64,000 bases of DNA from Camelus ferus. Taxonomy: Eukaryota. Each line of letters begins with the position of its first letter. Position 1 is the stretch's first letter. The stretch covers positions 52,826,001 through 52,890,000 of the forward strand of contig NC_045697.1 of assembly GCF_009834535.1 (NCBI RefSeq), given 5' to 3'. Positions 12,342-25,344 of this stretch are shown here, in pieces. The position numbers and the translations under genes were made by a program. The notes below the pieces were generated by a model that was not told where the DNA came from, searched no databases, and saw only the letters and a program-made list of their open reading frames with translations.

Positions 12342-13710
12342 GATGAAGCAAGAAGCATTTCATTTGCACACCTTTCTTGGACATGGGATATAAAGTTCCA
12401 GTTTTTTTAGCAGTAACTGCTAGAGGAATGATTTGGGGGTTTGGGGTGAATTGCTCATAAGAAAAAATCCATAATGGACTGTTTAGCAAGAAAAAGGAAA
12501 GATTCAGTTGGGGATTATGAAATAAACTACGAATTTAGTTTTTTGTTTAAACTGTCCAGGATCTGATTAAAGAATCTGACCGTTATTTTCTATGATTAAA
12601 CAGTTTGTTTTCACAGAGGATATGTGACCCAGTGTAAAGACTACGTATTTTTATTCAGCACTCTTCCTTTAAAATCTCCCATTTTAAAAATAATCTGTTT
12701 GAGGTTTTCTTTTTTTGCCTGTGAATTAAGAGCTTTGATGTAAAACTTCTCATGGAATAAAGTACTGATTTCTTTTAACCAAATACTCACCAAAGCAAGG
12801 AAAGGTTTCAGACCTTTGAACCATTATCATTTGGCAGAGTAGTTTTAATTTTAGGTGTATTTAATTACTTTGATAGTGGTAAGACTTTTTAAAAAGGAAT
12901 CAAAACAAAAAATACCACTGGTTAGTGTAAATGACAACAGTTTGTCAGTTTGATGTCTCTGGAAATGTTTTGCCTTTCTAAACCCTGTGCTACAGGCATT
13001 TAACATTGGTGTCTGTATAATTAAAGAGGGAATTGTAGTGTCAAAAGTTGTCTGAACACCCCCGCCCCCAGCCCCGTCTTTCTTTGGTTTTCAGTAAACC
13101 TTGAAGTGTGTGTTAGTGTCAAAACTGTGAAGTGACATGTCATGACAGTCCTGACTGGTAAGGACATTGATGGCTTCACTTGAATTTAAACCAGCTCTAG
13201 ATAGGATGGAATCTAAGTCTCCTCATTTGCTTTTTTCAGTGGGGTAGCACATCCCATATTTTAGAACAAGTAGGGGTGCCTTGCTTAAATAAAAATAGCA
13301 TTTAATGTATAATTGTGTGAAGGGTTTATGGATAAAGCTGTATTTCTGTCACATTGTGGCAGTACGTTCTGCTTTAATATTAAACAGCTTGTTATTTAAA
13401 CATTGGATCAAAATAGCTGGCTTCAAAATGTAGTCCTTAATAAACTAATTTTATGTTCACCTGTAGGAGAATCAAAGTCCTGTATACTTTCTCTGCCTTG
13501 TTCCTGTTCTCAGGGTGACGACTGCCACGTGGTTACCAGGAGATGCAGATCTAGTCCTTAAAATTGAATTAGCCCCGATTTCTGAGAGGTGATATCTGGA
13601 AGAGAGATTATGTCTTCTCTCACTTAATACATAACCGTCTTTGATTACCAGCTAAGATACGAAATCACTGTACTGTAAGTAGTCAATAAATGAAGGCTTG
13701 TTTCAGGCTG
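12342..13710 (+). other. GRSF1: GRSF1 terminal non-coding exon (3' UTR)
   Basis: Strong acceptor ttttttttccag at 12330-12341. AATAAA at 12521, 12756, 13288, 13439 and 13685. The 3' end is approximate. Confidence 0.75.
13685..13690 (+). terminator. GRSF1: Probable distal polyA signal of GRSF1
   Basis: AATAAA followed by U/GU-rich sequence (ttttggagtgtgt). Confidence 0.55.
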
Positions 13711-15189
13711 AAGATTACCTAAGAGTATTTATTTTGGAGTGTGTCAATCAACCTAATATATTTTTACATCAAGTCCTGGTATATTGTAAGAAGAAATGAT
13801 TAATTTTCTGTTGTGTTTGTTTCCATCGTCCTGAAAGAACGTGACTTAATCAGCCAGCTTCTGTATTACTACCTGGAGAGAAATGTATTTTCATGTGTAG
13901 TTGAGTATACTGAGTGAGCTCTGAGAACTGGTGTCTGTAGCTGTATGACCAATTAGAGTGTGATCTTTTTCTCTCCTTTTAGCAGTAGGTATCTGATTTG
14001 CTGCGGAAAAAATCTGTAGGGTCTGTTGGGATTGTGGTTGGTGAGGAATTCATTCATTTGCAATTACTTTATTTTAAAGCTGATGAGTTTCATTTGCATA
14101 TCCCTGGGAAAAGAATGAGAGCAGCAGCACTAAGATGTTACGTGGTGGGTGAGCTGGAAGGGTTATCTTCTTGTCACACTAGTGGCTGATTTCTCAGTGC
14201 AGAAGGTGGGCATTCTTGGGAAATCATCTCATGAATTCATATGCTTTCCTATACTGCCGTTAGTAAGTTATTGCTCATAATTTAGGCTGGTACATGGATA
14301 ATTGCCGATAGGACAAATGTAGTTACTGGAAAGAGAAGAAAAGCACATAATAGAATAGAAGTAATCTTTTATGTCTATCCAATCGAAAGACATACTTCTC
14401 TTTTGAAATTTGACAAAACTGGGTTGTGCAACATCATTTTTTACTGAAAAAAAAAATGACAGTGACTTTTGCTCTTCTGTTTGGGTCCTTTGTGTCTTTA
14501 TAATCTCCTAGGTGGTAAAGTTGTCAAAAATAGTGGGATTTGATGTGGCCAGGTTGTCCATATCTTGCTTTTGCTCGCTCAAAAGAATTGCAAGGGAGAA
14601 CTCTGATAAGTAGCATGCAGATACCAAGGAGAAAATGCTGAGGACTGTGAGCTGATGAACTCACTGAAACCAGAGGAGGAAGCAGAACCATTTTGTATAT
14701 GTCCCTCTACTCCTGGGTGAATGAGGCTTCTGCCAGGTGGGCAGGGAGACCGAATCCGCTGTGGAGCAGAGGCTCTAAATCCTTCTCACTAATTCTGCAG
14801 TATGACGAGAAAGAAGCAGGAGAAAGCCACTTCCATCTCGGTGACATTTTGAGGCAATAACCCTGCTTGTTATTAGTTAACATGCCCTGTTGGCATCCTC
14901 TGCCTTAAACAGTCTCTTAGCAGATTCTCATTTGGAGATTTTTCTCTTCATTACATCCTATTCATTTTATAATTTAAAACACTTAATTAGTTTGAGTTTC
15001 CCCCAAATTATGTGAAAGGGTTCACATTCAATTGGTAGGACCTGTAATATAGGGTAGAATGGTGTATCTCAGCAGTAAAGTGCCTAAATTACAGGGGCTT
15101 TGAAGAAAAATTGCTCGATGTAGTAGGAATACATTTTCCTGCCTGACTTCAGCAGATTGGAAAATAAATCTCTGAAGTTTGTACGAAGG

Positions 15190-17600
15190 GAATAAAGCTG
15201 CTATAAACATTCGTGTGTAGGTTTTTGTGTATACATAAGATTTCAGCTCATTTGGGTAAATACCAAGGAGTGTGATTGCTGGATCATATGGTAAGACTAT
15301 GTTTAGTTTTGTAAGAAACTTGCCAAACTGCCTTCCAAGATGGCTGTGCTGTTTTGCATTTCCACCAGCAATGAATGAGAGTTCCTGCAGCAGCTCATCT
15401 TGCCAGCATTTGGTGGTGTCAGTGTTTTCAATTTTAGCTCTTCTACTAGGTGTGTAGGGATAGCTCGTTTTAGTTTGCAGTTCTATAATAACGTAAGGTG
15501 TTGACATCATACTGTCTTTGGTAGGCGTTTGTTCAGATATTTTGTCAATTTTTCAATTGGGTGGTTTTCTTACTGAATTTTAGGAAGAGGATAGAGGAAG
15601 GTTTAATTTGGTTCTTAACGCTTTGATGATATGAAAATAAATAGTGGGGTACTTTTAAAATTGTGTTTTTATTTTTTGAAAGAAATAAAATTCAAGAGAT
15701 ATGAAGGGGGTATACAGTGGACAGTCTTCCTCCCATCCTGTACTTCAGTCATATCTCAGGCAACACTCATCAGTTTCATTTAATGTAAACTTCCAGTGAC
15801 TGCATAGATAAGCAAATATTAATAGACATTTTCATTTATTTTTAAAATATAAATTATAGCATACTATGCATACTATTCTGTACCTTTTTTCCCTACTTAA
15901 TACATCCTGAATATTTTATATCAATATAAAATCCTTTCTCATTTTTAAAAATCATTGTACAGTACGGATGTGTATGTAATTTAACCTGTCCTTACTGATG
16001 AACATGTAAATTGTTTCTAATCTTTTGCTATTATAATGCCAAAATGAATTGCCTTGTATAAATTTATGTCATTTCGTACATGCTGTAAATTTCTCTGTAG
16101 GATACATGGTCAAGAGTATGTGCACTTGTAATTTAGATCTAAAATTAAATTTATATCTCTAATTGGTTTTTTTCTTAGTTTGCACCAGCAGTGCAAGTGC
16201 CCATTTCTCCATAGCCTCCCTGACACAGTATACTAGCAGTCTGTTCTTTGCCAATCTGACAGGTTAAAAACACACCCACACACAATGGCATTCTCTTATG
16301 ATGTAGGATTTCTTCATGTTTAAGAGCTTTTGGATTTTCTTTTTTATAAATTTGTCTTCATATCCTCTCCCCATTTTTCTTTGTCTCTTATAGTCCCCTC
16401 CTCATCTTATCCTCATTAATTTTAAAGCAAATTCAAGACAATGTTATTTATCTGGATATATTTCAGTGTGCATCTCTTTTTAAAAAGGACTTTAAAAAAT
16501 ACCATCATTCCTGAAAATAATAGTTTCTTACCCAGTATCTATCTGATGTCATTTTTTAAAAAGTTTATTTGAGTCAGGATCTAAACAGTAGTGCACACAC
16601 ATTTCAATCATTATTATGTCTTTTTTCCCTGCGATATAGTTTAATAAAAAATTTCAAGCATTTGAAAGAGTTAAGTTACAAACATGCCTATACTTACCAC
16701 TTCAATTCTACAAGTAACATTTTGCCATATTTGTTTCATCATGTGTCTGTGCATCCATCCATCTTTTTTCTCTGTATGTGTCAAAGTTGTAGACATCTAT
16801 ATTTGACTCTTTAAGTTTCTTGTCATCCATATTAAGTAGACTTCTTTTTCTTGAGGTAAAATTCATAGTTAAGTAAACAACTGTTGTGTACCGTTTGATG
16901 AATTTTAACATAAAACTCTAATCCAAACCCCTTACAAGCTGTGGAACATTTCCATCACAGAAAATTTCTTTAGTCAATACCTGCCCCTTTTCCACCCCTT
17001 GCCTTGTTAGGATTTTGTTTTCACCATAGATTAGTTTGGCCTATTCTAGAACTTAATATCAATGGAGTCATACTTTATGTATTCTTGTGTAAATTTCTCC
17101 CACTCAGCATGTGTTAAAATTCATCGATGTGTTTCAGCTCACAGTTCCCTTTCACTGCTGTGTGGTATCCTATTGTATGAATATGCCTCGGTTTAACCTT
17201 TAACTTGTTGGGTGAACAGCTAATGAATGCTGGGCTGTTTCCAGGTTTTGGCTATTATGAATAAAGTTGCTGTGAATATCTTGTGCAAGGCTTCTTGTGA
17301 ACCTGTGTTTTAACTTCTTTTGGGTAAGGACTTAGTAGAATATCCTGAGTTGCAAGGTTGATAAATTTTTGATTTTACTAGAAATTGATATACCCTTTTC
17401 CAAAGCGGTCATCCTGTTTTACACACCCACAAACAATATGAAAGTTCCCGTTGGTCCGCATCCTCACCATTTGATGTTTTCAGCCTGTAACTTTAGCCAT
17501 TCTGTGTGTAGTGGTATTTCATTGTGGTCTTAATTTGCTCTCCCTGATAATCAGTGATGTTGAGCATATTTTCATAAGCTTTTTGGCCATTCAGATACCT
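15190..17600 (-). mobile_element. Cluster of old antisense L1M fragments
   Basis: ORF 15028..15510(-) contains L1 ORF2 C-terminal motifs (LPYDPAITLLGIYP...MFIAALF); further L1 3' UTR pieces run to ~17600. Confidence 0.8.
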
Positions 17601-18473
17601 ATAATGAAATTGAAGTGCCTGTTTCTTAATTTATGTTTCCCCTTCCATTTCTTTTCCCCTTCTTATTTGTAGAAGAAATAAGATTAACCTTGAGGGGTTT
17701 CCATAGTGTGAGTTTCGCTGATGGTCTTTCAGTGATGTTAATTGACCACCATTGTATTTGGTCTTTTTTGTAACTGGCAGGAACCCTTCTGGGAATAAGC
17801 TACCTTTAAATAGCACTCCCTCCCCAGTTTAAATCTCCCCTTTCATGGCTTCCAGGTTCTGTGTCAGAATTAGGATGTCCCAGTGAAATGATTTTGAAAG
17901 CACCTGGTGATAAAGCATGAAGGTGTGTAGCCAGGGTAGACTGGAATACTGACAGCTCAGTGAAACCCACAAAGATCATGATCCTGACTAAATAGGAAGC
18001 TTGTGAAACTTTACCCAAGTCTTCAAAGACTTGTGATCCCAAAGCATAACCAGGTTCTCACTGAAACAAAGAGGCTCTCAACGTTTCTTTCTGCCACTCA
18101 ACAATGCCATTTGGGAATAAAGACCAAGAGCTAACGAGAAACTGAGTTACTCAGAATTTCTGATAGGCTGGCTGTAATTGCATCCATTTCTTTCCCCTCA
18201 AGAGAGCAAATGGGGGTATGTAAGTGATAATACTGGGCTAATTTTTAACCTGTTCTAATTTACAAAGATAAACTATTTGTGATACACATGATAATTAAAT
18301 ATGAATGATACTCTTGTGCCAGAAAGCATTGCAAAATGGCAGGACAGTACTGCTGCCTGTAGACTTGTGCAGTTTCTCCATCCTGGCTGCCCACTGGAAG
18401 CCTGAGTTTTGTTTTTATCATGATTAATTATTAACTCTTAGAATCTGACATCCTCAGCAATTCTTACAGATGG

Positions 18474-19765
18474 TCACTGGTTCTGGTTTTGTTTTGTTTT
18501 TTTCATACAAACCATTTATTTTTTTTTAAATCAACTGTACTTCAATTAAGAAACAAACAACAACCTATTTAAAATATGGGCAGAAGAACTGAATAGACGT
18601 TTTTCCAAAAGAGGAAATGCAGATAGCCCACAGGAACATGATAAGTTGCTCAACATCACTAATATCAGGGAAATGCAAATCAAAATCATAATGACATACC
18701 ATCTCACACCTGTCAGAACGGCTATCATCAAAAAGAACACAAGTGTTGGCAAGGATGTAGAGAAAAGGGAACACTGTTGGTGGGAATATAAATTGGTGCA
18801 GCCACTATGGAAAACAATGGAGGTTTCTCAAAAACCTAAAAATAGAACCACCATATGGCCCAGCAATTCCATTGCTGGGTATATCCCAGAAAAACAAAAA
18901 CATTAATTAAAAAAGATACACAGACCCTTCTATTAATAGCATTATTTATAATTGCCAAGATATGGAAGCATCCTAAGTGCACATCAATAGATGAATAGAT
19001 AAAAAAGATGTGGTTGGTATATGTATGCAGTGGAATACAACTCACCCATAAAAAAGGATATTTTGCCATTTGCAACCCTTCATTCACCTTCTTTTTCCCA
19101 CTTCAAAAACCAGGATTTTTGTAACTGGCATAAACATTCCCATTGTATCAAAAACAAAATACCTAGAGATAAACTTAACCAAGGAAGTTACCTATACTCT
19201 GAATACTGTAAAACACTGATGAAAGAAGTTGAAGATGTTACAGAAAAGTGGAAAGATACCTTGTGCTCTTGGATTAGAAGAACTGTTATTAAAATGGGCA
19301 TACTACCCAAAGCAATCTACAGATTCAGTGCAACCCCTACCACGATACTCAATGACATTTTTCACAGAACTAGAACAAATAATTCCAAAATTTATATAGA
19401 ACCATAAAAGACCCCAAGTTGCCAAAGCAATCTTTTGTAGGGTTTTTTTTGTTGTTGTTGTTCTCTTTTCTCGTGGTTTGATGGCTAGGAAAGTTCCTTT
19501 AACATTTGTTGTAACGCTGGTTTGGTGGTGCTGAATTCTTTTTAGCTTATGTTTTTCTGTGAAGATTTTGATTTCTCCATCAGATTTGAATGAGAGTCTT
19601 GCTGGATCTTCTTGTTTGTTAAGTTTTTCCCTTTCATCACTTCAAATATATCATACCACTCCCTTTTGGCCTGGAGAGTTTCTGCTGAAAAATCAGCTGA
19701 TAACCTAGTGGGAGTTCACTTGTATATTACTTGTTGCTTTTCTCTTGCTCACTGGTTCTATTTTT
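18474..19765 (-). mobile_element. TSD-flanked composite L1 retro-insertion
   Basis: Direct repeat tcactggttct at 18474 and 19749; polyT-like tail on the left; ORF2 pieces (+) and ORF1 C-terminus (-). Confidence 0.7.
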
Positions 19766-20439
19766 AACCAACTTTACATTTCAAGGTGATACGCTATCTT
19801 TGAATAAAGGTTGCCTTTTATTCTAGGTGTATAAATTGTGCTTGTCAGATACTTGATTTCTGATTTGGTGGACTGACTGACATGCTTACAAAAATCTCTT
19901 ATACAAAAGTAATTAATATGTTAACAAAATCAACTGTCCTCAGGAATGCTGAGAATAAAATAGAAGACCTTAATGATGGACAATCCCCAAGACAGCAGAT
20001 GTCTAAGAATCATTTAAGATTTGACCTGGGAAAACATTTAGGGGGTTATTAGGCTAAGTTATTTGAAAGATGCTTTACTATAAATCAAAACTTACCACTT
20101 CTGAAATATAATTCTTTAAAAAGGCTTACATTTTCTGTTGGCAAAGCTGAAATAAGGCTGTAATATACAGTGGCCCTGTGAGTTTCTTCATAATCACTAG
20201 GACATACCTGGAATCCTTTCACAGAATGGTAAAATTCCTTATAAGAGTTTCATCATATATTTTTATAACTTGACTGTGAATAACGAATGATCCAAGAACC
20301 TTGTGCTGAGCTATAAATCTGATTTAAAATCCTCATGCTGGGGAAAATCCTCAGATTCTATTTGGAAATAAATTACATTTAGGGTGTTCAGTCAAATTCT
20401 ATTAGGTTAGACCTGTAGTTGTTTGGAATATGAAAGCAC

Positions 20440-21670
20440 AGTTTTTTTTAAAATTAAACTTTATTTTGGAACAGTTTGGGATATACAAAAATGTTGTAAA
20501 AATAGAATTCCTGTATATACCTCACCCAGTTTCCCTGTTGTTGACATCTTGGAATGTACTTGCCGCAACTAACGGTACATTACAATTAACTAAATTCCAT
20601 ACTTCATTCAGATTTTATTAGCTTTTCCCTAGTATCTTTTGTTCCAGAATCCCCCATTACATTTAGTCATTGTGTCTCCTTAACCTCAATCTGTCTTTTT
20701 TGTTTTTGATGACCTTGACAGTTTTAAGGAGTACTGGTCAGGTATTCTGTTGGAAGTCCCTCAGTTGGGAGTTTTCTGAGGTTTTTCTCAGGGTTAGACT
20801 GCGGTTATCAGGTTTGGGGAGAAAGAACACAAAGGTGTCATGCTCCCTGCATTCATCTTATCAAGGATTCATCTTATTAACATGACTTATCACTGACCTT
20901 GTGGATTTTGATCACCTGGCAAAAATAGTGTTTGCTAGGTTACTATAAAGTTTCTTTTTTCTCTTTCTATATTCTACTTTTTTGAAGCAAGTTACTAAGC
21001 ACAGCCCTCATTCAGAATGTGGGGAGGTAAGTTCCACTTTCTTGAAGGAATAGTATCTACATAAATTATTCGGAATTTTTATGTGTAGGAAATAAGACAT
21101 TACTCTGTCCATTTATTTAATCCTTTATATAATGTGGACTCATGGATATTTATACTTGGGGTAATAATCCTATTCTACATTATTTTGCTTACATTGTTTC
21201 AGGTTTACCCACTGGGGGCTATTAGTTTGCTCCTGAATCCCTTTGATATGCCCCAGATCTGGAATCAGCCATTTCTCTAAGCAGCCCTGGCTCCCTTACT
21301 GGAGAATGAGATGAGAAACAGCTTTGTAGTAAGTTTTTAAATCAGGAAGTATGAGACATCCAGCTTTGTTCTTTTTCAAGATTGTTTTGGCTATTTAGGC
21401 ATCTGTTGAAGTTCCATATAAATGCTTCTATTTCTGCAAAAAATACTGGGATTTTTGATAAGAGATAACATTGAATCTGTAGATAGTTTTGGGTAGTACT
21501 GACATCTTAAAGACGTCAAATCTTCCAATTCATGAACATGAGGTGTCTTCCTATTTATTGGTGTATTTATTCTCTTAAGGCAATGTGTAGTCTTCAGTGT
21601 ACAAGTCTTTTGCCTCTGGTTAAGTTTATTTTAAAGTATGCTATTCTTGGTGATGCTATTATAAATGGTG
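20440..21670 (-). mobile_element. Old antisense L1M fragments
   Basis: L1 3' UTR-type sequence 20440-21300 and antisense ORF2 21320-21670 (ttctttttcaagattgttttggctatt). Confidence 0.75.
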
Positions 21671-22066
21671 GACAGCACAATTTTTAAGGAAGAAAGGCAT
21701 AACATTAAGCCATGATATTCATGACTTGGTGCCCTTGCTTTTGTGGGCAGCTGAACTAGTAACAGATCTTTGTTTAAGGAAAAAAAAAAAAAAGAAAAGC
21801 CAAATAGCTTATGTGCATTTGAAAGTCAAATTTCAAGTGGCTAATTACTTATTCCTTCTTATGTTCCATGAACAGAGCAGCCTCTTTTCAATTTAATTCA
21901 AAACTAATTATAAAATAACTTTTGCTGATTTAGGGTAATTGCCCACATCATTTGTAGCACCTAGAACAGTGCTGACACATATAGGTGGTCAAAAATACAG
22001 AGGATGAAGAATCATAAATATTTAAAAGGAAAAAAGAGACAACAAACGAGGCTAGAATTATTAGAT

Positions 22067-22072
22067 TTTATT
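22067..22072 (-). terminator. RUFY3: Candidate polyA signal of the RUFY3 long isoform
   Basis: AATAAA (-) followed ~20 nt later by GU/U-rich gtttgttgtctcttttttcc. More proximal AATAAA at 23255, 23178 and 22436. Confidence 0.5.
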
Positions 22073-23368
22073 TTTCCCTGGTACTCTTAAAACTCAGCTT
22101 CACCAAGTAACAGGCCAGACTTCTGGAATAACAACTCCTTCCTGGGCTGTAACCCTTTTCAGGAGACAGAAGTTATCAAATAGCGTTCCAGGATGTTTCC
22201 ACCTCAGAATTCTAAAGCAGTTACAGAATCGTATCTTCTTAGGTCTTAATTCGAATCAAACAATCTAGACATACTGTAACGTAATCAAAAGAGCATATAC
22301 CATTTCTTTCCTTCTCTTGCTGAATGCATTTCCCTCTTTTCCCCCAAAGGGTTTGTTACTAAGAGATGTCTAAGTATTGTACTTTCCAAGAAACCGGCCT
22401 ACCAGTTCTGATTCCTAGCTTAGAATAAGGGATCCTTTATTTATTAAAGAATTTAATGAATAACCTGAGCTAATTATTCTCAGCCATGGACAAATTAAGT
22501 TTGTTTTACTTTATACCTGACTTAGCTTTGCTTCAAATCTTCTACTTGCAAAAGTCAAACCCTAGCTTTAAAAGTTCTAATTTCCATTATGACCCAGAGA
22601 GGAATGAGTGACTGGGGAAGACAGTTGGCTTGTTTTGCAGTAGGAGACTTTGAAAAGGGCAGATATTTACTTTTGAAGTCATCAAGTGAAAAAACGGCAA
22701 GTGTTCCTCCTCCTCGTTCTGATAATGAAAACACTTGTAGCCAGGACTAGAAAAATTCTGGTCCTAAAACTGTAATATATTATAATATTGCTTTAAGTAC
22801 ATTCAAAATTTATATTACTCTTTAATACTTTTTCCCTGAGTTTGGGTTCACAGTTTGGTAGAGATACTTTAAAGAAGAGGTAGTCAGTCGGGGTAAAGAG
22901 GAAACTTTATGTGTAGCAGCACCTGGGAAAATATGTAACACCTGTCATTTCAATTTTAGGTAACATTTATCTTTCCCCCTTGAATCTGCAAATAAAAATA
23001 GGGGGAGATGATCATTTTCCTTTTTATCTTCTAAGGACCTTCTCTCCTTTCATATCCACCCCAGTATTATTATCACCAGTCATAAAAATGAATAACCTCT
23101 CCAAAGACATGCTATAAAATAAACACTGCAAAGTGGGGTTGTTCAGATTTAGCAGAGAGAGGCTCAACTGAGTAACTTTTATTCATATATTCATTAGAGA
23201 AAACGAGCAAAATTTCTGGCACCACCAACCACTGCCTCTTCTCCCTGGACCTGGTTTATTTAAGTCACTCTTAATTAACCCTTGAGTTGATTCTAACATC
23301 TGGGCTCTAGGGGATCCTGACATCTGACACAAGTAGAGACATTTTGGTCCGGCTCTTGGCCTCCAGTC

Positions 23369-23512
23369 TTACGATGGGCTGGTGGAATACTTTTTCATCA
23401 GATTTGTGTGACAGGGATTGCAAACTCGCTCAGGCTTGATACTTGAAGGAAGAGGCAGTTCGTTTGTTGAGCAGGCATTACAGAAGGTTCCTCTGCAGTT
23501 CTCACACACATT
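23369..23512 (-). CDS. RUFY3: RUFY3 long-isoform last coding exon (FYVE-like zinc finger)
   Basis: [47 protein letters not shown]; 144 nt. Confidence 0.94.
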   Translation of the reverse strand, partial: NVCENCRGTFCNACSTNELPLPSSIKPERVCNPCHTNLMKKYSTSPS

Positions 23513-25275
23513 CTATAAGAAGAAGGGGAAGGCAGGTGGGGAACAGAAGAGCAAGGCATAAAGATGCACAGGATATAAAAGGCCACACATATGATAAATG
23601 CTCAACGTCTAGTCAAGTACCTACTGAATGTGTGCTGTGTGCCACACGGTATCTGACCAAACACAGTCTCTACAAAGAAGCACACAGTCTAGTTCTTAGA
23701 GCTAAATGAAGAGAAGCATTTCCACAGAATTCAAATGAACAAATACACAAATTATTTCTCTTTAGAATACTTTCACTTACTATATTCACTTTAAGGTGGG
23801 CTAATTCTAAAATTAGTTTTAAAGTACCAAAGCATAGGCAGGAACCTTGCAATGGGTTGGGTAGCCAGCCTAAGGTGAAAGCATTTGCTGAGCATGATCT
23901 GAAAGTAGAATTCCTAAGACACTGGCGTGCTTAATGCCTTCCTGTGATGCCCTCTCTGGAAGCACATCCTCTGGAACATCAGTGCAGCAGGAGCACAGCT
24001 TTCTGCATCCTGTTTATTGGGAAATCAGTCTCTTTATTAAGCATTTTGAATCTTTAGTGGCCAAGCTGAGGGACAGCACTTCGGTCATTCTGGCAGTGTC
24101 ACTGGTAAGGCTGTGATGGGGTGGTGCACACACAGTTCCAAGGGCCCCTGTATAAAGGCTGTGAAGGATAACTGCCCCCATAAATAATGCTACTTTTCCT
24201 CAAACAATTCATCTTCCTGAGGGTGCCGTGGAGGGAGGGTGGTCACTTTTATTTGAAAGCTTGAGAGGAATTTTTCTCTGACATGTTGCAGTTACTTTGA
24301 ATGGCTAAGAAAAGCCAGGATTAGACTGGCAGCTTCTTCTGCTTTGGAACACATTTTTCTCATTAAAACTTTCAGTTCTATAAAGGCAGTTCATCTTTAT
24401 TTGATACTGCTAATTTAAGACTAGGTCATATTACAAGTTTGCCTGTTAAAATGCAGCATGATCACAAATGGTGGTATGTTTCCTTTTCCTCTCAGTACTT
24501 GTTTCCAACACTCATTAGTCCATAGCATTTCTCAAGCATCTCCTATGAACTGGGCACCGTATTTGATGCTGGGGGACCCTACTGTAGCGAGCAAGGCACA
24601 GAGCTGGCTGTCAAGGACACTTACTCTTCCTGAATGCTTCCTTCACTCTGCCGACTCAGGATAACACACTGGGAGGGCCCTCAGGCGGAGATCCTTGAGG
24701 ATCCGAGGGAAAAACAAGTGGTTTGGTGGGGAGAGAGCTCGTTTTCCTTTCCAAGGCTGTTTTCCCCAAATTCAAAGAACCCTCCCTCCCAAAACATGTC
24801 TTAACTGTTCTAAGCAGGACGGAGTTCTAGAAGGAGTGTAGACTTTGTAGGCAAAGTCATGCTGCATTTGAGCTTTAAGTAACTGGGAAAAGTCCTTAAT
24901 GCCTCTGACCCAAGGTTCTTCATCTGTGAAACGATGGCACAAAGGACATACGCTTAAGAACAGGGACCTGGTCTACACTGTGTTCATTCTTCTTTTTCCA
25001 GCAGATGGAATAGCACATTCCACACAGTAGGCGCTCAATGAATATTTGTACATTCATGTTTATTTTAAATTATATAGTTAATTTGTATTTATTTTAATGG
25101 GGGTTTACTGACATGACTTAATAGGGCTGAAAAAAATAGGTACATACCAACTACTTGCTCCTCTTACTTTCCTCCCCACGCCCTGCACTCTACACAGGCC
25201 GCCCCTATTAGCGGGCGGGGCTCGGGTGCAGTGGGCGTCCCTATGAAGAACCTGTTCATTTCTCACCACCGTTAC

Positions 25276-25344
25276 CTTTGTTAGGCTGCAGTCTTCCTGG
25301 CACAGCTGGCATGTCTGGGGCTTTTCAGAGAGCAGCGGCTGATC
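25276..25344 (-). CDS. RUFY3: RUFY3 long-isoform exon 17
   Basis: DQPLLSEKPQTCQLCQEDCSLTK; 69 nt; first CxxC of the FYVE-like finger. Confidence 0.92.

Noticed and set aside
15028..19407. ORFs 15028..15510, 18646..18906 and 19021..19407 (also 59683-60617) as genes
   Set aside because: Frameshifted L1 ORF2 remnants.
22743..22765. Short hairpin aggactagaa-aaa-ttctggtcct in the RUFY3 long 3' UTR
   Set aside because: A 10-bp stem with one mismatch is within chance expectation.
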